Assembly: GCF_021028975.2 (NCBI RefSeq)
Contig: NC_059427.1
Location: 125,178,001-125,242,000, forward strand
Direction of reading: 5' to 3'
DNA: 64,000 nt
Source of the DNA: Sphaerodactylus townsendi
Taxonomy: Eukaryota
This document shows positions 42,360 to 53,704 of this stretch, one piece after another. The translations under genes were made by a program, and so were the position numbers. A model generated the notes under the pieces. The model saw nothing but the letters and a program-made list of their open reading frames with translations, searched no databases and was not told the DNA's origin. Position 1 is the first letter of the stretch. Each line of letters begins with the position of its first letter.

Positions 42360-45293
42360 ATGGCTGAGCAAGAACCTACCCCTGAGCAACTGGCGCAGAT
42401 TGCAGCTGAAAATGAAGAGGACGAGCACTCTATCAATTACAAGCCCCCTGCCCAGAAGAGCATCCAGGAGATTCAGGATCTAGACAAAGATGATGAGAGT
42501 TTACGAAAGTACAAAGAGGCCCTGCTGGGAAATGTAAACGTTGCTGCTGGTGAGTTCCTTCAGAGTATATCTTCCTGTTGTTAAAAAGTAGAACTCTTTA
42601 GATTTGCCCCCCCCCCCTCCAGTTTATCTTTAAGGCGGGCTTTCATTTCCCATCTGGATGTAGGTGAGCAATCCAGCTGGCTAAAGTTGAGCATTAGGGT
42701 CTTGAAGACTTGCAGATGGTTCTGGCCGAAACAGATCCATCTGAGAGAGATTAGCTGCTTAGTACATGTAATCTGCTTTTGAATCAGTGGTGTATATCAA
42801 GCAGGCTTACAATTATTTATTTTATTTCTATTCTGCCCTTTCCCGATGAAGTTAGGCTCAGGACCGCTAACAGTACATTTGTATGCTTTGTAAATATAAT
42901 CATAAAACCAAAGTATACAATGTAACAGAAACGTAGTTCCTTAAAACTACTTAAAGAGCAGCTTCCTAAGCAAAATTTCCCCTTAATAATAAGCTTTATT
43001 ATTATTTCTAGCCAAGGTGAACCATATTCCTATGAGTGAAGAATGTGCCAACAGTTGGGGAAGGAAACACTTTGTTAGGATCCAGCAGGGGAGGCCATTT
43101 GGCATAAGACTGTCGCTGACCCCAGCCATAGGCAAAAGGAATCTTAATGTAATCTTTGTCCTTGTGGAAGATCCTGAAATGGTAGGACTGGCAGAATGGC
43201 GGCTAAGCGGGTCATAAAAGCTATCAAAGGAATAAAAGATCTGTGACTTGACAACCAATTGAATTTCCTATCCTCTGATTTTGATATCATTTAATGCTTC
43301 TCCACAATCCAATTCTGGAATGTAGGATTTTTTTAAATGAAGGTAGAGGATTCCCAGGTTTACCAGTCTTGCATATCACAAAGAGGCCATGCCGTAATCG
43401 AAGAAGCTGATTTTACCTGCAGTGATCAGTTGAGTGAACAGGGTATTGGTTTGCAAAGCTGCAAGTGCTTTTCATTCCTTTTCTGTTTTAGATCCCAGCA
43501 TTCCAAATGTGGTGGTAACAAAACTGACTCTGGTTTGTGCCACTGCCCCTGGCCCATTGGAGTTGAATCTCAGAGGTGAGTGGGTTATGTCCAAATAGAG
43601 GTCAGTCCCGTGAAGGTACAGTAGGCTGCTTTACTCTGTTTTTTTGCACCCATGCTAGCTTTTCTGGCCCTTGCTAGGAGATAGGAGAAATAGGAGTGGC
43701 CTTCTTCAGAGTTAAGCTTCTGAAGAGACCCCCTCCCCCCCAGCAGAGTTGCAGTTGGTATAGTTTAAGACTCATCTTGTTTCATACAGAGCAGGCTTGT
43801 GTGCAGGCTACTTATAGAGGCCAGGATACTTCCATTGGCATAGTGAAATAACTGTCATATCTAACCATTTCAATTTGAGCCTGCCTGCCTGCCCCCCCAG
43901 TAGTCTTTCATGTAAAAAAAACCCAACAAAACCTCAGATAGCGCTGATCATGTTGTCTGTTCTGTGGGTGGAACATCTCTTGTTACGGTAATTATGTCTG
44001 CTGTGGTATTGAGACGAGAATTTCGCAGCAGCAGTGGCGTAGCGGTTAAGAGCAGATGCATTCTAATATGGAGGAACTGGGTTTGATTCCCTGCTCTGCC
44101 GCTTGAGCTGTGGAGGCTTGTCTGGGGAATTCAGATTAGCCTGTGCACTCTCTCAGACGCCAGCTGGGTGACCTTGGACTAGACACAGCTCTTCTGAGCT
44201 CTCTCAGCCCCATCCACCTCACAGAGTGTTTGTTGTGAGTGGGGAAGGGCAAGGAGATTGTAAGCCCCTTTTAGTCTCCTACAGGAGAGAAAAGGGGGAT
44301 ATAAATCCAAACTCTTCTTCTAAATCTCCATTATGTTGTCTGTGGCCTTGTTGTAACAGTTTCCAAGATTTAGACTACTACTGAAAGCAGAAGAGTAATA
44401 ATGCCTGCTTAATAGAGATGAGGCTGAAATTGAAGGGACTGTCTTGCTCAATGGGCAGCAGTTTCTCTCACTCCTGCCATCTTTTGCCATCCAGGTGACT
44501 TGGAGAGTTTCAAGAAGCAGTCCTTTGTGCTGAAGGAAGGTGTGGAGTACCGGATAAAGATCTCATTTCTGGTAAGGTCTCGTGAATGGATAGTTAAACA
44601 AATATTAGAAGATGGGATCCTTCACTGGCTCTGGCTGTGTGAAAGATGCTTGTCAGTTAAGTTCATGTTGGCTGACCTCTTCTGTCTGTTTTAGGTGAAC
44701 CACGAGATCGTTTCAGGGTTGAAGTACATTCAACATACATTCAGGAAAGGAGTAAAAAGTGAGTGCGTGCAAAGGGGGAAGCAGCCTTATACTGTAGATC
44801 TCTTACCTCTTCTGCCACTTTCAGGCAAGAAAGTGCCGCCCTTGCAGCAAAGTCTGTTTGCAAAGGAGCTTTTCCTCCTTGTCCTGAAAGCAGACGGCTT
44901 AAAAACAGAATTTGGGGCTAACCTAATGTAGTGAGAGTGTAATTTTTTTGTGAGTACCAACTTCAGTGGAGGCAGAACAGCAATGAGCTGATCATTTGAG
45001 AAGGCTCAAATGTTGCTGTTGATGGAGATGTATTGACTTGTTTCAAGAGTCTGTTTTTGGTGGTTTACTGTCCCTGTTTTTGTCTTCTTCCAGTTGACAA
45101 GACTGATTACATGGTTGGGAGTTATGGGCCACGTGCTGAGGAATATGAGTTCTTAACACCTATGGAAGAAGCCCCCAAGGGTATGCTGGCCCGGGGCAGC
45201 TACAACATCAAATCGAAATTTACAGATGATGACAAGTCAGACCATCTGTCCTGGGAGTGGAACCTGACCATCAAGAAGGAGTGGAAGGATTAG
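42360..45293 (+). CDS. ARHGDIA: Rho GDP-dissociation inhibitor 1, 204 aa; exons 42360-42549, 43492-43575, 44495-44571, 44695-44758, 45094-45293
   Basis: [24 protein letters not shown]...[17 protein letters not shown]...[13 protein letters not shown]...MVGSYGPR...[20 protein letters not shown] introns, 615 nt in total. Confidence 0.97.
44026..44321 (+). mobile_element. Full-length tRNA-derived squamate SINE in an ARHGDIA intron
   Basis: A box TGGCGTAGCGG, B-box-like GGTTTGATTCC, and a (CTT)n tail. Same family as the copies at 37396 and 60009. Confidence 0.85.
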
Positions 45294-46637
45294 TCTTTCC
45301 AATGCCAAATCCTAAATGTTGTTCAGACAGTGGCTACAGTAGAAACCCCACCCTGTACCAAAGTGCTGGCATTGGATACCCTTCCCTTCCCCCTTCCCCT
45401 TTAGCTCACCAAGGAGACTTCTTGGCTCAACGCCCCCATATTCCCTTTGAGAATCACAAAGAAATTGACCAAACCTACCCCGTCTGTCCCTGAGTACAGA
45501 GCAGGCATGCTTCATGTCCGTCACCTGGGCTCGTTTCATTGCTGCTTCTTACCCATTGGAATATATTTCATGCAGGTTCTAAAAGGAAAGCAGTGTCCCT
45601 ACTTGTTGCGGGGGGAAGGGGGATTTGGAAGCATTCCTGTCTCTCGACAAGAGGTGAAGTGCTGAGGAATCATGAATCCATGCAGAGCTGGCAACTGCCT
45701 GCTGCCCCAATTGTTTCCAGGCTCAATCATGTTCATGGCCTGCCTTCTCCCTTCCCTCTGGGGTGGGGCATAGGCTGGCTTTCCATTTGTGATGGTTTCT
45801 GTAACCATGATGCCTTAAAGTGTGTAACATACATCCCCCAGGGAGGGGCCCCCAGACCTTGTTACACTTTTTTATATGTGCTCCAGTTCTGTCCATACAC
45901 ATAGTTCCTTCCCTTCTGATTTGCATCTTCTGGCTACACCATAATCCTGCTGAAGCTGATTTCCCCAAGGCCTTAAGCAGGGTTCTGGCTGCTACACTCT
46001 CCCCATGGTCAGAGAAGCATTTGCTTCCAGCCAGCGGGAATGGGCTTAGAAGTTACTAGTTCCACTGTCATTTCCTTGTCAGTTCTGTCACATCTGTTGC
46101 AAAGTATTGAAGCCCTTGGGGCAGCCTCTGGGTTTCTGGGCTGGAAGATGGATTGGCCTAGCTCAGCTGCTCCTCCTCTGATCTGAACAAAGAGCTTGCG
46201 ATGGACAAATGCTGAAGAGCAGTGAATGCCTTATGTATCTGTTCTGCCTTTGAAATTTTGTGCCTGGCCTGTCAGTATTTATTATTGCCTTGATTAGATT
46301 CCTTTTCTTCATGATACCTGAGCAGCCCCAGAAAAACCTCAGTGACCTGGCAGTGGAGGAAGCAGGAGGTTTGCAGAATCTGAAAATCTCTGCTTGCCAG
46401 GCAGGCGTGTTCCCCCACCTCGGCAGTCCAGCTCAGTGGGCTGCTTTGAGTCCCCAAACTGTGCTAGAACTGGGACCAAGTGTGTGGTTCTTTCATAGCT
46501 ATGTCTCTGCCCGTACATCCTCCTCCCTGCTCCTTTCCTTACAGGAGATTTTTGTTTGATTTGGCACATTTTTGTCTGTAAATCTTAGACACGGTTTAAC
46601 AGATTTGGAACCATCAGCTTCCCCTTCTGACAGTTAC

Positions 46638-46643
46638 AATAAA
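46638..46643 (+). terminator. ARHGDIA poly(A) signal
   Basis: AATAAA about 1.35 kb after the stop codon, with GT-rich sequence downstream. Confidence 0.65.
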
Positions 46644-46822
46644 ATCTTGAAACTTATCATGGGTTTGGCCTTGTGAAGTTATTAGTAGTCAAAGTAGAAT
46701 TGGCACCCGAATGTTCTGTGAAACAGTAGATGTGCTGGGGGTTTAAAAATCTCACTCTACAAATGCCATCTTCTAGTTCCACCTGTCCTTGATCCTTCAA
46801 CCACTTCTGCATTTATCTAGCA

Positions 46823-46970
46823 CAGTAGTCTGTAACCTGCAGCTCTCCAGATGTTCATGGACTACAATTCCCATCAGCCCCCGCCAGCACAGTCAATTGG
46901 CCATGCTGGCAGGGGCTGATGGGATTTGAAGTCCATGAACATCTGGAGAGCCGCAGGTTGCAGACCCCTG
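46823..46970. mobile_element. Palindromic hAT MITE
   Basis: Fold-back, TSD ATCTAGCA. Confidence 0.88.
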
Positions 46971-47338
46971 ATCTAGCAAGTGCTCTTTTCGGATGGTCAT
47001 TGCTGTCTGACACATGCCTGTTGTCACTTCTGCATCTGGATCAATGTCTTCCTAACCCATTTCACAGATGAATATCTGCTAGATAACCACAACTCCCTTG
47101 TGGCTTTATCAGATAATGTCTTCCGCCAGGGATGGTTTCTGCACATGTTAACAGCTACCGTGTGCTTGACTGAAGTGATTACTTCATGAAGCAGTTACAG
47201 TATTTGAAGCTTTTAGAATCATTGGGATATGGCATAGAAACTCTGCGTACTACATTTATTTTGCTGTTCCTCCAGAGAGCTGAGTGCTGACAAATGATTC
47301 TCCCCTTTATCTTGCATTCACAAACAACCTCTGGGGTT

Positions 47339-47520
47339 TTGTCGAAGGCTTTCACGGCTGGAATCACTGGGGTGCTGTGTGGTTTCCGGGCTGTATGACC
47401 GTGTTCTCTGAAGATGCCAGCCGAGAACTTCTGAAGATGCCAGCCACAGATGCAGGCGAAACGTTAGGAGAGAATGCTGCTAGAACACGGCCATACAGCC
47501 CGGAAACCACACAGCACCCC
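47339..47520 (+). mobile_element. Penelope-like insertion with inverted pseudo-LTR and hammerhead ribozyme core
   Basis: 13-bp flanking duplication AACCTCTGGGGTT. An inverted copy (47339-47407) precedes a direct copy containing CTGAAGA-stem-GAAAC at 47431-47462. Confidence 0.82.
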
Positions 47521-49933
47521 AACCTCTGGGGTTGCTTGTATGTTGAATTGAGTGTAACTGACCAGAGGCCACCCAGCAATCTCAGGCTTTGAACCTGAGT
47601 CTTGCTAATCCTACTCCAGTTCACTAGCCTCAGTATTTTGTGGCGACTCCAAAAACTTTCAAATAGAAGTCCATCCTGGACATGGCACATGCAAATGAAG
47701 AATTCGTGCTTCTGGAGTGCTCTGAGCAAAGTGAGAATGGCAGCCTTTCTGGGTGGTATCCCTGGCAAATTAAGTAAGCCTCGCTGGAATTTTCAGCTAC
47801 TTGTTTGTAATAGGGACCAGCCAACAATCCTATGTATGTTTTGCATACCAGTACCTAACATTGAGAGAGAGAGTGGTATGGACCATGGCTTAGCATTTCT
47901 GCAGGGGACTTCCAAGGAACAGGATTTTAGGGGGTCTTTTAGGCTGTTGGGGAGGAATTCTTGCACCTCTGGGTTCGAGCTTCTGCATTTGAACATAGGG
48001 ACTTCATTAAGTTGCAACAAATTTGCTCTCCATGAGTATCAAATGCTAGACACGTACATCAGAAGTGATATCATAGCTCTTGGGTATACAAAAGCAGGGC
48101 ATCTGACGAGCTACTGATAGAAATGGTAGTCAGAACTTTATTGGACTAGAACATTTTCTAGGCTGTCAGAAAATACCTACCATGGCAGTCTTATAACCAG
48201 CCATGGATAGTAGCCTACAGATTGGAAACTCCTTGTGAATACCACTATGTCCTGCATTTGGCACGGTTGGCTGCAACCACTTATTTGTATGAATAGTTCC
48301 ATATTGTTCCTAATAACTCAGATAATTGGCAAGTTGTAAATACAAGAACTTAAAATTCTTTATAAATGGGTAGGTGAGAGCCATGCCTCCTATTGGTTAG
48401 ACTGCATGTAGATGGGAATAAGTTTAAGATCGGAAGCAGGATGAGAGAGAGTTAATGGAATGGGGGGTAGCACAACAAATGAGGGAGGACTTTGATTTCT
48501 CTGTAAAAGAAAGGGAAAGAGCAATCTCTAGTGCAGAAATATGAACTCTTGGAGATGGCTCTGGAAAAATATAGTCAGGGTTAGGAAGGAAACAATTTCT
48601 GTGCCAAGTAGTGAGATTTAGAATACACTATGCATATTACATTAGCATAATTAGTTACACTTATTATAAATTCTTTGTTGTTTCCAAAGATGGGATGCCT
48701 GGGAGTCAAAAGGTCACATATGCCAAAAGAGTGCACATAAATACAGAGAGGGAAGGCAAACAGTGCAGTTGATGGAAGCTCAGCTTGCTGGGTCTGAACT
48801 ATGAGCCTTCAGTAGGTAACCAGTTGTGAAACATGCTACATTTTTCTACAGGTATGCGTAATGTAGGGCTGGTTATGAGTTTGGAGGATTTCTTCCCCTT
48901 GCCCACCGGGCCTTGCTCATGCTTCCCTTCCCACCCACTGCTGCCTATGCATCATTCCCATGCCCACTTGCAAGCCTTTCCGCCTGCCTGTGTGCCTTTC
49001 CTGCAGCTTTGCTGCATATTGTACGTGGCTGGAAATTCTGCAGTAGCAACTGCTAGGTAGCAGATGCAACTAGGAACATTGGTGGCAAAGCAATCACAAA
49101 TGAGTGGGCTGTAGAAATTATGCTGTATGACTTGGGAGGGGGGCATACAATATCTTGGATGGGATGTTTCCAATACCCGGAGTGCCTTGGATTAGATCAC
49201 TGTGGAAGCACAGTTTCGCTTCCCATGTACTACTCCACCCTAAGACTAGCAAATTTGTCTGCAAGCGTAGAGGCACAATACTGAATGTTACTGCCCATCA
49301 TTTCTATATTGAAGTGCTTGCCTCTGTTATGGCTTAAATCTATTAGGTTTTAGTTGTCAAGATATTTACATTAGCTAAACCATTCTTGTCCTGTTTTTGG
49401 TTTTCTCTAATAACTGGGGAATCTTGGCCTACTTGTGGCTTTCAGAATTCTAGCTTGTGTAGGGAAGTCTTTCTGCAAGTCTGACTGGGGCCCTTTCAGA
49501 TTACCTTTCTGAACTGTATGTTATCTGTGTTGTCCTGATTCCAAGTGAAGCAAGGTATTTCATACAGCTAATTTCAGCTCATCTACCAGCCATCTCTAAA
49601 GTGCTTTAAAGAACAGGACTGTGCTTCCACCTTCACCGGCACTTTTTCTAAGGTGTGTTTTTTTAAGCCTTTTCTTTAAAGTTCTAGGATTAGTGCTATG
49701 CATCCAAGTGCTGGTGATATAGCACTGACTTGCTGTATCACTGGCATTTGGATGTATTGGATTGGTACTAGAGCACTAATTTTAAAACTTTTTTTTGAAA
49801 AGTTGAAAAAGAATGCACTGCTCTAAAAGGCAGAGGGAAGTGCTCCAGACATTTTAAACAGCACACTGTAGCCATTCAGAAGTGCAAGGAAGAACTGAAA
49901 ATGGAAGAAAGCAGTTTTGTAAACAGCTGAGCC

Positions 49934-50655
49934 CAGGGGCGTAACGAGGCAAACTATAGCCCTGGGCAAAACCTGAGTTGGATGCGCCCCCCCCCCCCAT
50001 GGGCAGCCCCATCCCCCATTCTTTCTAAGGCGATGGAGGCTACCCTTTTGAGTTATGGACCCTCTGCACCAAACTTGGGGGGTGTCATCATGACAGTCTC
50101 CAGATGATACCCTGAGATTTTGGTGCTGATACAACCAAAAAGGCACCCCCTGCAGGAACATCCCAGAAATTTGCCCAAGAATCTTTGTTTTGCATTGAGT
50201 TTTCTGCATTGCTGTCAATGGGGGTTGCAGGCTTGGGGGAGGGGCACATTTCTGAAGGCACAGTCTCAAAACTTTCAGGGTCTCATCAGGAGACTGCCCT
50301 AATGATACCCCCCAGGTTTGGTACAGTTTGGTTCTGGGGGGGCCAAAGTTATGGAGCCTTAAAACTGTAGCCCCCATCTCCTATTAGCTCCCATTGGAAA
50401 CAATGGGGGATGGGGTCACCCCCTTTGGGTGTCCATAACTTTGGATTCCCTGAACCAAACCTCACCAAACTTGGGGGGTAGCATAAGGACAGTCTCCTGA
50501 AATTTTGGTGCCGCTAGCCTAAAAACTGAGCCCCCTGCAGGCAAAAAATGGAAAACCATTAAAATACCCAAAAAACGAACCCTGCATTTTGATGCCCCCC
50601 ACAAGGTGGTGCCCTGGGCAACTGCCCACCTTGCCCAATGGGCATTACACCCCTG
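49934..50655. mobile_element. hAT-like non-autonomous element
   Basis: TIRs CAGGGGCGTAA / TTACACCCCTG, TSD GCTGAGCC/GCTAAGCC. Confidence 0.82.
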
Positions 50656-51662
50656 GCTAAGCCCCAGGATGCCAACGGGACACAAGTGGGTTCATCTGAA
50701 AAGGTAAACAAAAATCTGTTCGCAAATGGGTGCTCAAAGAGATTATATGGGCAGTTTGAAAAGGGCTTCTGTGTGACAGATGCATCTTGAGTCCTCCATT
50801 ATATATATATAAATATATAAATATATAAATATATATATATATAGGAAAGCAAGATGCTATGTACCCAAGAATGACCCATGAGTCTCCATTTCCAGTTCCA
50901 GTTCCATTTTTAATGGCATATAATTTCAACCTTTAATGGCATATAAACCCATGAGTCTCCCAGAGCAGCTACACTGACTAGGTGATGCCTGTGAGGCAGT
51001 GCACTGAACAGATGCCAGTAAATGGGAAGAACTTTTCTGCCTGAACCAGCCTGTTACTTTCTGTAACAGGAATAAATTGAGCTAACTGTTGTAGGCATTA
51101 AATTGCTGCTGGTAGATTAAATGTAACTGGCAGCAACAAAACCATCTCCTCCCAGTATGGTCATCAGAATGGAGAATAGGAAAGACTTCTAACTGCTACT
51201 CCATAGAATTCTGCTGGAAATTCTGTGGAAATTGGACAGTGACCAATTGTTGAAGATTGACTGGGGTTTTTTTTTCTTGATTAGGGAATAGCTTCCATTC
51301 TCTCTCAGGAGGACATGTAGAACGATGTTGCAGGACATGCAGTTTTGATCAGTTTGCCTGATGCCCAGCTTTGCTGATAGATTCTGCTTGATGAGGCATA
51401 ATCTCTGTTCAACTCATTGTTCCTAAATAAGTCCGTGTAATATATTATCCCTTTTCCCAAGGCCTTCGGATATTTGGCTAGTATATATGATCATTAGATA
51501 TTCTTGCTCCCTTTAAAAACAAAGTTTAAAAGCTGAGCTACTTAGCTGTATTGGGGACATACAGAAGGCTTCATTAGGAAAACTTTTTTATTTAAAAGGT
51601 AAAGTAAAGAACAAGAAGGGTTATGTAAATGTTATGGATTTTGAGAGATCCATAGAGAATTT

Positions 51663-51856
51663 ACTCTGACCTGGAGAGCTCAGGCAAGCCTGATCTCAGA
51701 AGCTAAGCAGGGTCAGCGCTGGTTAGTATGGATGGGAGACCACCAAGGAGGTTGGAGTTGCTAGGCAGACGCAGGCAGTGACAAACCACATTTGAACTTC
51801 TCTAGTCTTATAAACCCTGAAGGTTGCCTTAAGCCAGTTGTGACTTGACAGCAAAA
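51663..51856 (+). mobile_element. 5S rRNA-derived SINE
   Basis: 5S-like head GCCTGATCTCAGAAGCTAAGCAGGGTC...TGGTTAGTA..GGATGGGAGACC, followed by a non-5S body and a LINE-like tail. Confidence 0.7.
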
Positions 51857-52834
51857 ACAGAAAGTAGAAAGAAGTGAGCCCATAGCTGGGAATAAAACAG
51901 CAAATACCAAAGCCTTGTTATGTGTATTAAAAAGCAGAAAAACCTGACAAGAGCATTCACAGTAGTCACTCTCTGTGATGAATGCACATATTATGGAAAT
52001 GTCTGTGTCACTTCGCCAGCTTTAAATCGCCAGCTTTAAAATGTTTCCTGAAACAAAAATGGTTGCAACTGATCCCAGATATTGTATAAGCAGATTGCTG
52101 TTTCCTACATGGCCACTAGAGACTGTCAAAGAGTAATGTTGTGTGCAACTTTTACCCTTGCCAAAATGCAATGTTTCTGAAAGCAGCTACTGCTCTGGTG
52201 ATGTTGATGCACAGTGTGGCTCATGAGCTGTTTTGTGAGATTAACTTTCTAAAATTTTGGTCTTTCCAGGGTGACAGGGTTGCTTACATCAAAATGGATA
52301 GGACTGCAGGACTGTTACCATTTAGGAGAGTTGATAAAGACAGAAGTTACAGTTACAGCACTAAAGGCAGAAAGGCTAGAGAGGATGGTGCATTTAAAAT
52401 CCTAAAGCTGCAGATTCCATGAAAAATATTGGGAAATGCAAAGTATGGAATGGTAAGTTATAATGAAATTTTAGCATTATAATGAAATTTTAGCATTTAG
52501 CAGCCGATTATTTTGAAATAATTGCCTGCTAGCCTCCTTGTTTAAAAGTGATATTATTGGGGCGTGTATTGATGGGCATGTGGAAATTTGACTTGGAAAC
52601 AAAATGTTAGGCTTGGACTTGTTATGTTCCTTCTGCCAAACCAGGGTGCATGTATCTTGACCTCCAAACATTCTCTGGTGGAAGGTGGGTGTTCATGCAA
52701 GAGATGTGCTGATTTTTGTTAACCTCTGAACCCACGTTGACTCCTGGAGATGCTTTTTTGGATCTCTTGCACTTGGAAATCCTTACCACAAAATTGATCC
52801 AACCATGGTAATTTCTTCATTTATATACTGTTCT

Positions 52835-53080
52835 TTGTGTTATGTGCTGACAAGTTGCTTCTAACCTATCCTGATCCTATGAGTTAATGACCTCCAAAAC
52901 ACCCTGTCATTAACAGTATTGCTGAAGTTTTGCAAACTGAGGGGCATGGTTTCATTTATTGACTCAATCCATCTCATGGCTTCAACTTTTCCTACCATTT
53001 TTGTCTTTTTAAATTACTCTTCTTATCATTTGAACAAAGTACAATAACTTCAGTCCAGAAATTTTAACATCTGATCTGAT
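52835..53080 (-). mobile_element. Degenerate RTE-like LINE 3' end
   Basis: Resembles RTE 3' ends (AGATGGATTGAGTCAATAAA...CAAACTTCAG on the minus strand). Heavily decayed. Confidence 0.45.
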
Positions 53081-53518
53081 CTAGTTCTTTAGCTACTGTT
53101 TATTTTAGTGATTAAAAAAAGACTTGTACTGCATTGCTTCAAGGTCAAGAGACAATATTAGTTGGAAATTTTAAAGCCACAAATTCCTATTTCAATCCTA
53201 TTCCTGACCTTGTTATCTAATTTTCATCAGACATTTGCAAGTAATTATTAACACTGTCTTCTTAGTTGGCCTGTTTCTCTTAACTGTTCTTCCATTACAT
53301 ATGTGACACCTTCAGAAATTCTTTGCAGGCAGAACAAAATTGTGCCATCTGCAAACTTTAGCAGACTTATTTGTCATAAACTAGATTTTATGGATTAGAT
53401 TGCAATCACCAGCTAATATTATGTTTTAAACTGGGATATTCTTATTTTCAGTAATTTGCCTGCTACTTCAGAAGCTGAGAGTATATATTTAAAAATATAT
53501 ATGTATGTTACTTTAGAG

Positions 53519-53704
53519 CAGTGGTTCTCAACCTGGGGGTTGGGACCCCTTTGGGGGTCGAACGACCCTTTCACAGCGGTCGCCTAAGACTCTCTGCATC
53601 AGTGTTCTCCATCTGTAAAATGGATAAATGTTAGGGTTGGGGGTCACCACAACCTGAGGAGCTGTGTTAAAGGGTCGTGGCATTTGGAAGGTTGAGAACC
53701 ACTG
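53519..53704. mobile_element. SPIN-like hAT MITE
   Basis: TIRs CAGTGGTTCTCAACCT / AGGTTGAGAACCACTG, internal GGGGGTCGAACGACCCTTTCACAG, TSD CTTTAGAG/CTTTAGAA. Confidence 0.85.

Noticed and set aside
51663-51760. 5S rRNA gene
   Set aside because: It is partial, has deletions, and continues into a SINE body.
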